Shown here: piece after piece, positions 1 to 9,917 of the stretch
Numbering within the stretch: the first letter of the stretch is position 1
Layout: the number at the start of each line of letters is the position of its first letter
IMG/VR virus record: IMGVR_UViG_3300045988_170866
Strand: one strand, 5' to 3'
From: a virus
DNA length: 38,421 nucleotides
Program-made: the position numbers and the translations under genes
The notes under the pieces: generated by a model
Seen by the model: only the letters and a program-made list of their open reading frames with translations
The model's database searches: none
Told to the model about the DNA's origin: nothing

Positions 1-77
1 TTATCTTTATCCTCCTAAAAGTCCAACGTACAAGTAAATGTACATTTTGTATTTATATCATTTGAAGTGATTGTGAA
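1..77. repeat. terminal direct repeat, identical to 38345-38421 (circular-assembly overlap)
   Basis: 77/77 identity read directly. The repeat spans the stop of ORF 15..2045 and the RBS of ORF 37322..38344. Confidence 0.95.
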
Positions 78-2045
78 AATAAATCCATTATCACTAATTC
101 TTTTGTCATTTTGTTCTAATTCAGTCCAGCCATCTTCTCCCATTTGCTTTTGTGACCAAATTATTTTTGCATCATTTCCAAACTCATCATACATAGCTTG
201 AGAACTATCGATTTTTCTATCTCCTACAAAAATCGTAACTGTAAGAGCAGTTGCAATATCGTTATTTTTAAATGATGTTCCGTTTGAACTGCTGATATTT
301 AATAAAATTGCATCCTGTCCTTGTAGAATTAAACCGATTTCTTTAAAAAGCTTGATTGTTGAATTCTTATAAGTAACAGTACATGCATAATTCAAATATG
401 AATTTTTCCTATCCATGATATTCTTGTTAAGAGTAAGAACACCATTCTTAACTGTTTCATCTGTTAAGTCAGTTTCTAATCCATTGACTATCTTTTTATA
501 AGAAATGTCACAATCTTTTAGATCAATAACAATATTGTCGTCCATGATGCATGGTGTAATAACTAACGGGTCAGTTGTAAAGTCAGGGAAAAAAGTTCCA
601 TCCAAATATTGTTGAGGAGCATTGCAATCCAAATAGCTGTTTCCTAGATTAGCAATGTCCGTTTCATCAATGATTGTGATGCATCCAGTATCTAGTGTTA
701 ATTCTCCAACTGTCACTAGACATTTGAAATTGGCACTGACATCCACATCAATGCTTCCAACTGTGATGCCTTTACCAGTTTTATATGCTACATCATTTCT
801 TAACCAGTTGAACTGTAAATCTTGCTGTTCATCAGTCACATCATCATTGCCGTTATAGACCTTACAATCCAATGTAATAGTTCGATTGTTTTCATTGATG
901 ATCGTTCCACTGGATAGTATTTCAACACGATACAAAGACAAATCAACATCATCCAATTTACTTTCGATATTTTCTATCTTAGTTTTGAATTCTTCATTAG
1001 AAAGAGATAATTCTCCAACCTTTTTATTCAATCCCTCTTGTTCTTTTGCAACAATATCCAATCTTGATTTTTCTTGATCCTGTGTAATTTGCAATTTTCT
1101 TATTCTTGTTGAATTTGTTGTTTTTTTGATAACACGTTCTTCATTTTTGGTTGCTACACTTCCATCTACATCAGTTATAGAAAATTCTCCACCTTTATAA
1201 GTAATAGAAATGTCCGTAACCATAAAATCAAATTCATCATTGTAATTGACTAGATATCCTGGCAAAAGGTTATCGATTGAAATCATGCTGATGCTTTTAG
1301 CCTGATTGAATATCAAACCATTTAACTGATCATACAATTTATCGATGATGTCCTGCTCATCAGTCAAATAAAGGTTATTGCTGTCAAGAAAAACGGTATT
1401 ACCTGTTGTGTCACCTTTTTCTAATGGATTAATTCCATTTTCATAGTAAACACGAGATACACTGTATAATTCATTCTTTTCATAATTGGTTAATGTATCG
1501 GTTTTAGCGAACACATCCTTAGTCACTTGAACAAATCCAAGAGAGCCTTTACCACTTGCAAATACATTTGCTCCAAAAAGCTCAGCAATCCATCCTAAGT
1601 AGTTTCTAATGACAATAGTGTTATCGTACCAGGAAACCTCTTTTTCTAAGACATACATAGGAATATTGGTTCTTACAATGGAAAAACCAGTTAGCGTTTC
1701 TATTTCATCTAACTGGTCTTTAATCGTTACTGGATAAGATAATTGAGTTGCATAAGGAACATCCAATTCATAGTTATCATCATATAGTTTCAAACTCAAT
1801 GATTTTGTATATTTTTCAGGTTGATCATACACCTTAAAATATCTTACATCGCTGTTGTCATTTTCCTGTACTTCCCAATACTTTGTTATATCCAAATCAT
1901 CAAGGATGCCATCGTAGTTATCGAATTTAAGATTCAATTGCATTGTAGGAACATTCCCAATAAGATATCCCTTTGCAAAGGCAATAGATACTTTATATTC
2001 CAATAAGCGATGTGTTACATCCAAATCTCCATATTTAATAAGCAT
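15..2045 (-). CDS. tail-associated minor structural protein (Tal-like tip/baseplate protein) with C-terminal Ig-like module
   Basis: 676-aa ORF directly after the tape measure and a small Dit-position gene. It has a central coiled coil, and its C-terminal SSNGTSFKN..IATALT module recurs at the C-terminus of ORF 37322..38344. Confidence 0.65.
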   Translation of the reverse strand: MLIKYGDLDVTHRLLEYKVSIAFAKGYLIGNVPTMQLNLKFDNYDGILDDLDITKYWEVQENDNSDVRYFKVYDQPEKYTKSLSLKLYDDNYELDVPYATQLSYPVTIKDQLDEIETLTGFSIVRTNIPMYVLEKEVSWYDNTIVIRNYLGWIAELFGANVFASGKGSLGFVQVTKDVFAKTDTLTNYEKNELYSVSRVYYENGINPLEKGDTTGNTVFLDSNNLYLTDEQDIIDKLYDQLNGLIFNQAKSISMISIDNLLPGYLVNYNDEFDFMVTDISITYKGGEFSITDVDGSVATKNEERVIKKTTNSTRIRKLQITQDQEKSRLDIVAKEQEGLNKKVGELSLSNEEFKTKIENIESKLDDVDLSLYRVEILSSGTIINENNRTITLDCKVYNGNDDVTDEQQDLQFNWLRNDVAYKTGKGITVGSIDVDVSANFKCLVTVGELTLDTGCITIIDETDIANLGNSYLDCNAPQQYLDGTFFPDFTTDPLVITPCIMDDNIVIDLKDCDISYKKIVNGLETDLTDETVKNGVLTLNKNIMDRKNSYLNYACTVTYKNSTIKLFKEIGLILQGQDAILLNISSSNGTSFKNNDIATALTVTIFVGDRKIDSSQAMYDEFGNDAKIIWSQKQMGEDGWTELEQNDKRISDNGFIFTITSNDINTKCTFTCTLDF

Positions 2046-2048
2046 TTT

Positions 2049-2414
2049 CTACACCTCAATCAAAGCAAAAGAAAAAGATTGTGCTTTGAGCCCAACCTTT
2101 GTCCTTACATAATTAAATTTCTTATTTCCAGCATACATTTTTTTAGTGCCACGTATTCCATGATCAGGAATATACAGCTCCGCATTGAATTCTGCAGGAG
2201 TAACTGCATTTAGAATACTCATGACATCTACAAATGTCTTTAGATTCCATGTCAATGTTACTTTTAACATGTTTGATCTTATTCTGTTACGCCTTAAAAC
2301 TCCTGTAGCGATAGGTCTAATGCTATCACCATCCAAGTCTTGGATTTCAACACTGATATCAGAAGGTGTAGGTAATAATACACCATTCACTTTTATTTTA
2401 GCTTCATCGGCCAT
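2049..2414 (-). CDS. small distal-tail component (position-based)
   Basis: 121-aa ORF with RBS aggaggtg, lying between the tape measure and the Tal-like gene. Confidence 0.45.
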   Translation of the reverse strand: MADEAKIKVNGVLLPTPSDISVEIQDLDGDSIRPIATGVLRRNRIRSNMLKVTLTWNLKTFVDVMSILNAVTPAEFNAELYIPDHGIRGTKKMYAGNKKFNYVRTKVGLKAQSFSFALIEV

Positions 2415-2426
2415 ATTCTACACCTC

Positions 2427-5126
2427 CTAATAATCGAATACTGGCTTACCAGTTTGTACTTCATATTCCTTAATATCATCAATGACCATCTTAGTTAAGA
2501 CCTTGCCATTTTCTAAAACAAGCTTGATGACATAAACAGCCCCCTTACCATCACTAACATTTTGTGGCAATCTTTCAGAGATTTTTTGAGCAATCAAATC
2601 AAGACCTTTTGTATTTCTTTGTAAAGGAATTACTGCTTCCGTTCCAGCTTCACCAAAGATAGCAGGAGTTGCTTTTGAAACAACAGCACCCTCAGCCAAT
2701 TTTGGAATTTTTGAAATATTAAATCCTTTTCCACCGATACCTGGAACCCAATTAGGAATTTTAATTTTATTTAATCCACCGATAAAACTGTTGATTCCAC
2801 TAATGATTGCATTAATAGGCGCTTTAAATATTCCAGCAAAACCACTAACTATATTGCTAAAGATATTCTTAACACCATTCCATGCTCTTGCCCAGTTTCC
2901 AGTAAAAACTCCACCAACAAAGTCAATGATACCACTTAACACACCTTTTATTGTGTTCCAGATAGCTGTTACTGTAGAGCAAAATGCATTAAGAGGTACA
3001 CCTAATAAGCCGAATGCTTTTGTCCAATCATTCGTAAAACCTACTTTTAAGAAATTAGCAAATCCTTCAAAGATTTTTCTAATGCCTTCCCAACAACGTT
3101 TTTCGTCACCAGTGAACACACCAACAAAGAAATCAGTTAAGCCTTGGAACATTTCAATAACATTAGGAATTAATTCATTGATTAAATCTCCCCATGATTT
3201 GAATGTATCACTGAACGATCCAACGATAAAATCAACTAATGGTGATAACACATTATCCCATACCCAATTAATAGCATCACCTATAGCTTGGATACCTGGT
3301 TTCCATGTATTCCATACTTCTAATATTCCTGATAATGCAATTGATAATACGCTTACTAGGAAGTTTGCTAATGGAGCTAGTACATTTTTCCAAAGTGATA
3401 AGGCAATCGTAAATACTGCTTCTACTGCTTTGACAAATGTTTTAGCAAGGAACATTGCTATTGGTACAATAATTGTATTGAATAGATCCAATAGAAAATT
3501 AAATATTGGTACTAAAATACTCTTATAGAAATTATCTAATATACCTGTTAATTCACTAATAGAATCATTTACTAATTGTCTAAAACTATCACTTGTTTGA
3601 TATAAATACACAAGAGATGCAGTAACAGAGGCTATTAGAGCAACAACTACTAACATCGTCGCGCTCATACCAGTAAATGCTAAAGAAACAAGGTTTGGAT
3701 AATTGTATAAAGCAATAAATGTCTCTAATAATTCTTTTAGTGCTAATTTGATTGTGCTGATTGCAAGTGTAATGTTTTCCCAATTTTTTATTGTTTCAAA
3801 AGCTAAAAAGCCTGCAACAATACCTGCAATTAATGAAAGAATGATTGGTTTATTTTGTTTAAGCCAATCTTTAATTGAATTCAATTTCTTGAGTACTTTA
3901 TCTACTGCTTTATCAACACCACTTGTATCAGGCTCTCCAAAAGCATTATCCCAATCAATAGAGCCAATATCATAGCCTCCGCCACCAACTCCTCCAGCTC
4001 CGCTTCCACCTGAGCCTCCTGAACCTGATGAATCACTTGCGCTGATTGTATTGATTTCATCAAATGATGCTAATGAACCTAAAGCCTTAGCTGTTTTCTT
4101 GGCTTGACCTTCAGTACCTTTTAAAGCTTTATTTAAACCACCAGTTGAAGCAGTTGCTTTTTTAGCTGAATCACCTGCAGCAGTAAATCCAGCACTCGCT
4201 TGTTTAGCTCCACTCTTTTTACCAAATAATTTACCAAAAACTCCCGCGATTACATTTGCTAGTGTAATGAGTTTTCCAATAATCATATTTATAACTTGAA
4301 TGACTGGTGTCAATACAGCAATCAATCCATTACCAATGATTCCTAATAACTGTTTGAACTGTTCTTGCAAGATACGCACTTGGTTGGCCCATGTTCCACT
4401 TGTTTTCGCAAAGTCTCCTTGAGCCATTGATAATTGATTCAATACAAAGTTGTATCTTAAAGTTGTCAATTCAGCTTGTGACATGTCACTTACATTCTTG
4501 CTGATTCCTTGGCTCAATGCGTAAGATTGCAAGTTAGTTTGTGTCATAACGATTCCTAAATCTTTTAAGGTTTCAGTTTCACCAGTAAATACTGATTTCA
4601 ATTTGATATCCGCTAACTCTTGTGAAATGTTGTAGAACGATGCAACATCCCCTGAAAGTCCAGCCAAAGAAATAGCCATATCACTCGCTTTGTCAGCACC
4701 TAGTCCCATACCTGATGCCATGGCCATGTATGTAGATGCTGTCTTTTTGGCTGAGAGTTCACTCATACCAAATTGTTGAATGGAATTTTGTGCAAACCTC
4801 TCGGCTTTCCATGACATATCTCCAAAGGCTGTATCTACTACGTTCTGTACCTCAGTAATATTGGAAGCAACCTCAATCGCTTCTTTTCCTAATTTGTACA
4901 AACCAAAACCTGCAGCAACCTTTGCTACCATAGATTTAATTCCACTTACTGCTCTGCTGATTCGACCAGTAGAGCTTTCAATACTGTTAGCTGATGTTTT
5001 TGCTTCATTCGTCGCATCTTTCAATGCATTCTTGAATTTGCTTGTTTCAGCTGAGATGATAACTTTTAATTCTTCTAGTGTCTTTTTAATCATCTCCTTT
5101 AAATTTTTTATTGTAAGCATTCGCAA
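2427..5126 (-). CDS. tail tape measure protein
   Basis: 899 aa and the largest ORF, sitting after the chaperone pair. It has a TP901-type TMP N-terminal region, a Gly/Ser linker and hydrophobic segments. The start is uncertain (TTG 5126 or ATG 5120). Confidence 0.9.
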   Translation of the reverse strand: MRMLTIKNLKEMIKKTLEELKVIISAETSKFKNALKDATNEAKTSANSIESSTGRISRAVSGIKSMVAKVAAGFGLYKLGKEAIEVASNITEVQNVVDTAFGDMSWKAERFAQNSIQQFGMSELSAKKTASTYMAMASGMGLGADKASDMAISLAGLSGDVASFYNISQELADIKLKSVFTGETETLKDLGIVMTQTNLQSYALSQGISKNVSDMSQAELTTLRYNFVLNQLSMAQGDFAKTSGTWANQVRILQEQFKQLLGIIGNGLIAVLTPVIQVINMIIGKLITLANVIAGVFGKLFGKKSGAKQASAGFTAAGDSAKKATASTGGLNKALKGTEGQAKKTAKALGSLASFDEINTISASDSSGSGGSGGSGAGGVGGGGYDIGSIDWDNAFGEPDTSGVDKAVDKVLKKLNSIKDWLKQNKPIILSLIAGIVAGFLAFETIKNWENITLAISTIKLALKELLETFIALYNYPNLVSLAFTGMSATMLVVVALIASVTASLVYLYQTSDSFRQLVNDSISELTGILDNFYKSILVPIFNFLLDLFNTIIVPIAMFLAKTFVKAVEAVFTIALSLWKNVLAPLANFLVSVLSIALSGILEVWNTWKPGIQAIGDAINWVWDNVLSPLVDFIVGSFSDTFKSWGDLINELIPNVIEMFQGLTDFFVGVFTGDEKRCWEGIRKIFEGFANFLKVGFTNDWTKAFGLLGVPLNAFCSTVTAIWNTIKGVLSGIIDFVGGVFTGNWARAWNGVKNIFSNIVSGFAGIFKAPINAIISGINSFIGGLNKIKIPNWVPGIGGKGFNISKIPKLAEGAVVSKATPAIFGEAGTEAVIPLQRNTKGLDLIAQKISERLPQNVSDGKGAVYVIKLVLENGKVLTKMVIDDIKEYEVQTGKPVFDY

Positions 5127-5906
5127 ATTTCATTCTTCTTGCCTTAAAGTTCTCAAATTCATTTTCTTCTTGTTCAATAAGATGCTGTTTCTTTTCTTCT
5201 TCAAATAATCCAGGGTAATAATCCCATAATTCATTGATTTCAATAGCTTTATTTTCTTCACTGAAAATAACTGATATTCCTTTAAGCAGTTGATCAGCAA
5301 GAATATGATTGTCGATTGCTATTTGCTTTTGTTTTCTCTTTTCTTTTCTTCGATACGATTCGATATAGTCAGTGATTTCAAGTACCGAAGATTCCCAAAA
5401 TAAAAATGAACTGATATCACAATCTAAAGCAATTGGATAAAGTTCATTTATTAAATCGGTTAAAAATTCATATTCTACATTAGCTCCTTCGCTTCCACTA
5501 GTTTCTTGTCCATTGTGTCCGCTTGAGCTTGGGAGAAAAAACCACTTACCTGATAAATTGGCAAGAACACATCCGTCATGAATGTCATTTGAGTTCCGCC
5601 CTCTTCACAATATTTATCAAATAATTCGATGACATCATCTTCTTTGATTCCATGTTGGAACTTTTTCATTGCACCATGTGTAATCAATAACATTACTTTC
5701 AATGGTGGCAATGAACCATCATCAGCACTAGAAATAATCGTTAATAGGTTAACTCTTAATTTTGATTCTAAGCTGACAATTTCAGAAGTAGTGAGTTTTA
5801 ATCTGTATTCTTTACCATCAACTTCCCAAATGGTAAAAGGTTTTCTTTTTGGTGCCTCAACGACTTCTGCTTGAACTTCTTCGGTTTCTCCACTTAATAC
5901 TCCCAT
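5086..5906 (-). CDS. tail assembly chaperone, long form made by -1 programmed frameshift (G-T type)
   Basis: The zero frame runs 5906 to the slip site. The -1 frame stays open from 5535 to TAA at 5086-5088 (checked codon by codon) and has no start codon of its own. Confidence 0.75.
5475..5906 (-). CDS. tail assembly chaperone, short form
   Basis: 143-aa acidic ORF between the major tail protein and the tape measure. Confidence 0.75.
   Translation of the reverse strand: MGVLSGETEEVQAEVVEAPKRKPFTIWEVDGKEYRLKLTTSEIVSLESKLRVNLLTIISSADDGSLPPLKVMLLITHGAMKKFQHGIKEDDVIELFDKYCEEGGTQMTFMTDVFLPIYQVSGFFSQAQADTMDKKLVEAKELM
5535..5541 (-). promoter_or_regulatory. -1 slippery heptamer U UUU UUC
   Basis: The minus strand reads ggT TTT TTC in the zero frame (codons G122-F123-F124), 20 codons before the chaperone stop. 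Confidence 0.7.
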
Positions 5907-5917
5907 TTTTCAGCCTC

Positions 5918-6334
5918 CTAAACAATTTTTGGATCAGTAATTTTAAATGCACTTGCTAATGCAATATTTAAATCAAATTCAATAACACCATTGACACCGC
6001 CACCAGTTCTCTTAAGAGAAATTTGGCCATCGAATTCAGTAGTTGTTCCATCTTTCAATGTTTCTTTGAAAGATAAAGTTTCTCCTGATGCTTCATATGC
6101 TCTTAAAATACGATATGGACTGTCAGTTTCAGTATTTTCATATTTGAATTTGTAAGTGATGTCTCCTGGGTCTCCAATTCCCATTTCATACACTTTTTGA
6201 GAGGCTTCCAAATCAGTATTATCTACTTTTTCAGGATCCACTCCAATTTCAGGAATTTCTTTCAAGCCTTTTAATTTAGCAAAGCTTGTTACTGACTTAC
6301 TCTTATATTCTAATGTTGCTCCATTCGCTAACAT
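5918..6334 (-). CDS. major tail (tube) protein
   Basis: 138 aa with a strong RBS, immediately upstream of the chaperones. The N-terminal ATLEYKS...LKGLKEIPEIG pattern is typical of small siphovirus tube proteins. Confidence 0.7.
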   Translation of the reverse strand: MLANGATLEYKSKSVTSFAKLKGLKEIPEIGVDPEKVDNTDLEASQKVYEMGIGDPGDITYKFKYENTETDSPYRILRAYEASGETLSFKETLKDGTTTEFDGQISLKRTGGGVNGVIEFDLNIALASAFKITDPKIV

Positions 6335-6348
6335 TTTCTACTCCTCCT

Positions 6349-6708
6349 TTATTTTGTGTGATAAATAAATTGTTTTTTGCAATCAATGATTGCCTCATAT
6401 CTCATTTGTTTATGTTTTAAACCGCTTGGGTCAGGAACATCCGCACATGTCGTTCTTAAAAATCCTAGAGACGACATGATATCATCTACATCACATGCTG
6501 TTTGTGAAGTACTTTTCATATCCCATATGTCGATTCTAAAGCGAACAAAAGAAAGCTGTTCCTTATCATCCGTAAATTCATATGGCTTATTTTCTTCCTC
6601 AACATATTGAATTGCAGGTGTTTTGCTCCAGTTTTGTGGATAAGCATCACTTACATTTTCAACAACTTGAGACAATCCTTTATAAACGATATCTTTAACA
6701 TTAATCAT
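6349..6708 (-). CDS. tail completion / head-tail joining protein (position-based)
   Basis: 119-aa ORF between the gp10-like gene and the tube protein. Confidence 0.45.
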   Translation of the reverse strand: MINVKDIVYKGLSQVVENVSDAYPQNWSKTPAIQYVEEENKPYEFTDDKEQLSFVRFRIDIWDMKSTSQTACDVDDIMSSLGFLRTTCADVPDPSGLKHKQMRYEAIIDCKKQFIYHTK

Positions 6709-7238
6709 TTTTTACATAGCTCCCTTATTTTATTTTTAAATAGCTTTTCAGTATTTTTATTAATGGTATCTTCCTGATCATGAAGCGCAGGATACATAAA
6801 AGGCCTTGCCATTTGACCTTTAGTGTAATAACCAATGACTTCACCATCTTTATAAGCAACCTTGAAACCATACATTTCAGCTTTATCAACTGTCATCGCA
6901 TCTGCAGGTATCATCCAACCTGTTTGTTTATATTTGGGTGATACTTGAGGAGAAATACCTTGATGATTGGCTTCTCCATTAGGACCAGTTCCAAATTCAT
7001 AGTAAGGTGCATAAGCTGAATTAGTGTAAACAGTGGATGTTGCCTTGTTTTCCTTGACCTCATTTTTCACCTTGACTGAACGGGCCAATGCTCCAGTATC
7101 ACTGGATATCAGCAGTCTTGCTTGAGATTGAACCATCACACCTGCTTGTTTAACAGCTGTAACTGCAACCTCCTGACATGCTTGGTTGTCCAACGCTGAA
7201 AGTTTTCTTATGAGATTGCTAAAATCAGTGCTTGTCAT
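6705..7238 (-). CDS. HK97 gp10-family head-tail component
   Basis: 177 aa. The motif ...VTAVKQAGVMVQSQARLL...DTGALARSV is typical of the gp10 family. It overlaps both neighbours by 4 nt. Confidence 0.7.
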   Translation of the reverse strand: MTSTDFSNLIRKLSALDNQACQEVAVTAVKQAGVMVQSQARLLISSDTGALARSVKVKNEVKENKATSTVYTNSAYAPYYEFGTGPNGEANHQGISPQVSPKYKQTGWMIPADAMTVDKAEMYGFKVAYKDGEVIGYYTKGQMARPFMYPALHDQEDTINKNTEKLFKNKIRELCKK

Positions 7239-7540
7239 ACTCTTTCAATCTCAATTGCTTTAAATCGCTTGAAATTTTGAATGCTGATGACTTTATAGCT
7301 GATACCCTCATAATTAATCATGTCATGCTCTTTAATTGCTAGAGAGCCATAATAATGCATATTCAAGATACCATTTACACGCATACCATATAGTTCAGTT
7401 TGAAGTTTTGAAGATGCTGGCCATATAAGAGCTACATCTTCATTTGCTTCATCACTATAGGTTTCAATGACATTGCCCTCATCATCTTTTACAGCACTGT
7501 AAGTTTTAATTTGAAACTTCTTGAGACTTCTTTTTTTCAT
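7235..7540 (-). CDS. head closure / head-tail adaptor protein
   Basis: 101 aa with RBS aaggagattgaaagATG, in the position after the gp6-like connector. Confidence 0.6.
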   Translation of the reverse strand: MKKRSLKKFQIKTYSAVKDDEGNVIETYSDEANEDVALIWPASSKLQTELYGMRVNGILNMHYYGSLAIKEHDMINYEGISYKVISIQNFKRFKAIEIERV

Positions 7541-7838
7541 CTTTCAATCTCCTTGCCATAGCTGATAAGCGATAATTGGAAATACCTGAAAGAATTTCAT
7601 CTTCACTTTGATAACTTTCACTCTCTCCACCCTCGCTATAAGATGCAAGCCCCTCGTTTCCTTGACGATTGTAAAGTGCAATGGCCAATTTCAAAACATA
7701 ATCATTGAGATCATCAATCAACTCACTTCGATTGGTTTTTGATAATACAGTATTTTGAGATTTTAAAAGAAAAGAAGAAACCAATTCTTCATCAGTTTCT
7801 CCTGTTAGTTTTTTAAACTGCTCTTTTAATTTATCCAT
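7506..7838 (-). CDS. gp6-like head-tail connector protein
   Basis: 110 aa in the first connector position after the capsid module. The helical N-terminal part is typical of phage gp6-like connectors. Confidence 0.6.
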   Translation of the reverse strand: MDKLKEQFKKLTGETDEELVSSFLLKSQNTVLSKTNRSELIDDLNDYVLKLAIALYNRQGNEGLASYSEGGESESYQSEDEILSGISNYRLSAMARRLKDEKKKSQEVSN

Positions 7839-8082
7839 TTTTCTTTTCTTTGATTACTGCAATCAATTCATCTCTTGTAAGTGAGTCTGTATTTTCAATT
7901 CCTAATTCTGTTGCTAATGCTTTTAATTCATCAACTTTCATTTTAGATAACGGCTTATTTTCAGGAGCGTTATCATTTGCTTTTGAAGATGAAATTTCTT
8001 TGTAGCCTAAGGCTTTATATTTTTCTAACATTTCATCTTCGATAATTCTTTCAACATTGCTATTGATAATAGTTTTCATCAA
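7831..8082 (-). CDS. small protein with Rho-N/SAP-like helix-extended-helix motif
   Basis: 83 aa. The motif LSKMKVDELKALATELGIENTDSLTRDELIAVIKE matches the Rho N-terminal / SAP pattern. It lies directly after the capsid gene. Confidence 0.5.
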   Translation of the reverse strand: MMKTIINSNVERIIEDEMLEKYKALGYKEISSSKANDNAPENKPLSKMKVDELKALATELGIENTDSLTRDELIAVIKEKKNG

Positions 8083-8094
8083 AAAGACCTCCTA

Positions 8095-9021
8095 TTACGC
8101 AGCATCTTTAATATTTAAATAAATTAATGGTAATGTATTGTCTTTTGTCCAAACATCATGGAAACGTCTATAATCCATTGCCCATGCATCAGCTTTTTGG
8201 TTTGTATTAGGATCAAAGATACGCATTTTGTCTTGTTTAGAAACCGCAATCGCACCTGGTTTAGGAATAATCATAAAGTTGATATCTTTTGCAGTTGTAC
8301 CTTTTGCGTATCCACCTACTTCTTGACCAGATGTTTTTCCATCGTTCATTTTGATAGAAGTATACATACGATTTTGAGGTGTTTCGATGATTGCACATTT
8401 ATCAATTGCTGGAACTGTTAAATCAATTCCACCGATTGAAATTGTTGCTGTTTGCATTTTTGTTGATAAGAACATTTCTAGTTCTAACATAACATCTCCA
8501 GTTGCATGGATGATTAAATCACCGTTATATCCTGCATCTCTGATTTTTTTAATACCAGTTTTCATTTTTCTTAAAATAGTTGATTCTGCAGGAGTATATC
8601 CATATTCAATCATTTCTGTTTTGTTAGCTGTAATAACATCTGTTGCAATTTTTGATAATCGATATGCATCGATTTCAGGAACAACATGAACTCTTTGGAA
8701 TTCTCCCATAACGGTTGAAGCAGTTGCGACAAAATTAGTTTCATCAACATCTACTGCATCCAATGAAAACTTACGTCCACGATCTTGTGTCATTTTTCTT
8801 GTTTCATATTCTAATGTTACAGAGCCTTGTGTATATCCATTATCTCTGTCATAATCTCCCAATCCTTGTAAAGACATTTTAGGAATTTTAATTTCAGCAC
8901 CACCATTATAGATTACATCTCCTGCATTTGCTTCCATCCATCCTGTTAATGCTTCGTGCATAGCTACTTTATCTAATGTTTCTTGAAATAAAGTAGCTGT
9001 TGCTAATGTGTTAATTGCCAT
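8095..9021 (-). CDS. major capsid protein
   Basis: 308 aa following the scaffold gene. N-terminal MAINTLATATLFQETLDK... is typical of SPP1-like coat proteins. Confidence 0.8.
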   Translation of the reverse strand: MAINTLATATLFQETLDKVAMHEALTGWMEANAGDVIYNGGAEIKIPKMSLQGLGDYDRDNGYTQGSVTLEYETRKMTQDRGRKFSLDAVDVDETNFVATASTVMGEFQRVHVVPEIDAYRLSKIATDVITANKTEMIEYGYTPAESTILRKMKTGIKKIRDAGYNGDLIIHATGDVMLELEMFLSTKMQTATISIGGIDLTVPAIDKCAIIETPQNRMYTSIKMNDGKTSGQEVGGYAKGTTAKDINFMIIPKPGAIAVSKQDKMRIFDPNTNQKADAWAMDYRRFHDVWTKDNTLPLIYLNIKDAA

Positions 9022-9034
9022 ATTTTATTACCTC

Positions 9035-9628
9035 CTATTTTCCCATCATTTTTTGATAAACTAATTCCTCATCAGTTAATTTAGCATCTTTAGCTTTTTT
9101 CATAGGTTCTCTACCTTTTATTCTTTCTTCCACTGCTCTTTGCACAGCTGTTTGAAAAGCTTTTTCTACTGTTTCGATACTTTTTTTACAAGAATCGGCA
9201 TCAGTTAAAATAAGGATCTCAGCAAGTTCAGTTGGAATTCCTTTGTCGGCCAATTGTACTTTTGCTTGTGCAGTCAATTCTCTACGTGTAATTGCTGCTT
9301 CTCTATCATCTAAATCCTTGATTCTTTTTTCTTCCTGATACTTTTTCTTTTCTTTTTCACTCATTTTTTCTAGTTTTTGAGCTTCTGTTTGCTGTTCTTC
9401 CAATTGCTTTTCCCAAGATTTACGTTCTTTCGCAATTCTTCCTTGAACGATCCTATCTAGTTCCTCTTGAGTAAAAGTCTTCGTTTCTTGGCCAGTTTGA
9501 CCATCATTTCCTTGGCCGTCATTACCTTGGCCATCGTTTCCTTGATCATTATCATTTCCTGAATCATTTCCGGAACCATCATCAGCAAATAATTGAATGT
9601 TTAAAGGAAATAAAAATTTTTCTTTCAT
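9035..9628 (-). CDS. scaffolding protein
   Basis: 197 aa with an N-terminal LNIQLFA motif, a (GNDGQ)n low-complexity run and a highly charged coiled coil. It sits immediately upstream of the capsid gene. Confidence 0.75.
   Translation of the reverse strand: MKEKFLFPLNIQLFADDGSGNDSGNDNDQGNDGQGNDGQGNDGQTGQETKTFTQEELDRIVQGRIAKERKSWEKQLEEQQTEAQKLEKMSEKEKKKYQEEKRIKDLDDREAAITRRELTAQAKVQLADKGIPTELAEILILTDADSCKKSIETVEKAFQTAVQRAVEERIKGREPMKKAKDAKLTDEELVYQKMMGK
9501..9545. repeat. 3 x 15-bp tandem repeat inside the scaffold gene (encodes GNDGQ repeats)
   Basis: Units ccatcatttccttgg / ccgtcattaccttgg / ccatcgtttccttga, read directly. Confidence 0.8.
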
Positions 9629-9714
9629 AAAATCCTCCAGTTAAGGTCCGTAAGACCATCCCATCTTTTAGTGTCATAAGTTTTTGGACATATAAAAAGA
9701 CAATCAGTAATTGC

Positions 9715-9876
9715 CTATTTATCAGGTTTAATTTTTTCTTTTACTTCTTCTACTACTTTTGCATCTAATAACTCTTTGATACGTTCTTCATCGTTCACTT
9801 CAAAAACTTCTCCAGTTCTTCTTGTGATTCCACATCTAGTATCAACCATGTTATGAATAACTCTTAACTTTGCCAT
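9715..9876 (-). CDS. hypothetical small protein (53 aa)
   Basis: ATG at 9876 is preceded by aaaaggaggcatatt. The longer TTG form in the ORF track is unlikely. Confidence 0.5.
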   Translation of the reverse strand: MAKLRVIHNMVDTRCGITRRTGEVFEVNDEERIKELLDAKVVEEVKEKIKPDK

Positions 9877-9917
9877 AATATGCCTCCTTTTTAGTAAAAT
9901 AAAAAGCAACCTCTCAG

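Noticed and set aside
1-77. The 77-bp repeat as a genuine phage direct terminal repeat or cos region.
   Set aside because: Its length equals a typical assembler k-mer. It cuts through a gene junction in the middle of the tail operon, far from the terminase genes. The terminase type suggests headful packaging. Termini analysis of the reads would be needed to settle this.
2791-3528. 245-aa plus-strand ORF, together with the other plus-strand track ORFs nested in minus-strand genes. Examples: 655..858, 886..1077, 3703..3975, 4780..5208, 8158..8689, 11226..11686, 22836..23285, 33659..34132 and 37431..38267.
   Set aside because: All lie fully antisense inside long minus-strand genes with recognisable phage functions. 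They have no Shine-Dalgarno sequences and show low-complexity, shadow-ORF composition.
9501-9545. Short tandem repeats considered as a possible CRISPR or minisatellite array.
   Set aside because: There are only three contiguous 15-bp units with no spacers. They lie inside the scaffold gene and encode a GNDGQ low-complexity run. I noticed no CRISPR-like repeat-spacer array anywhere in the window.
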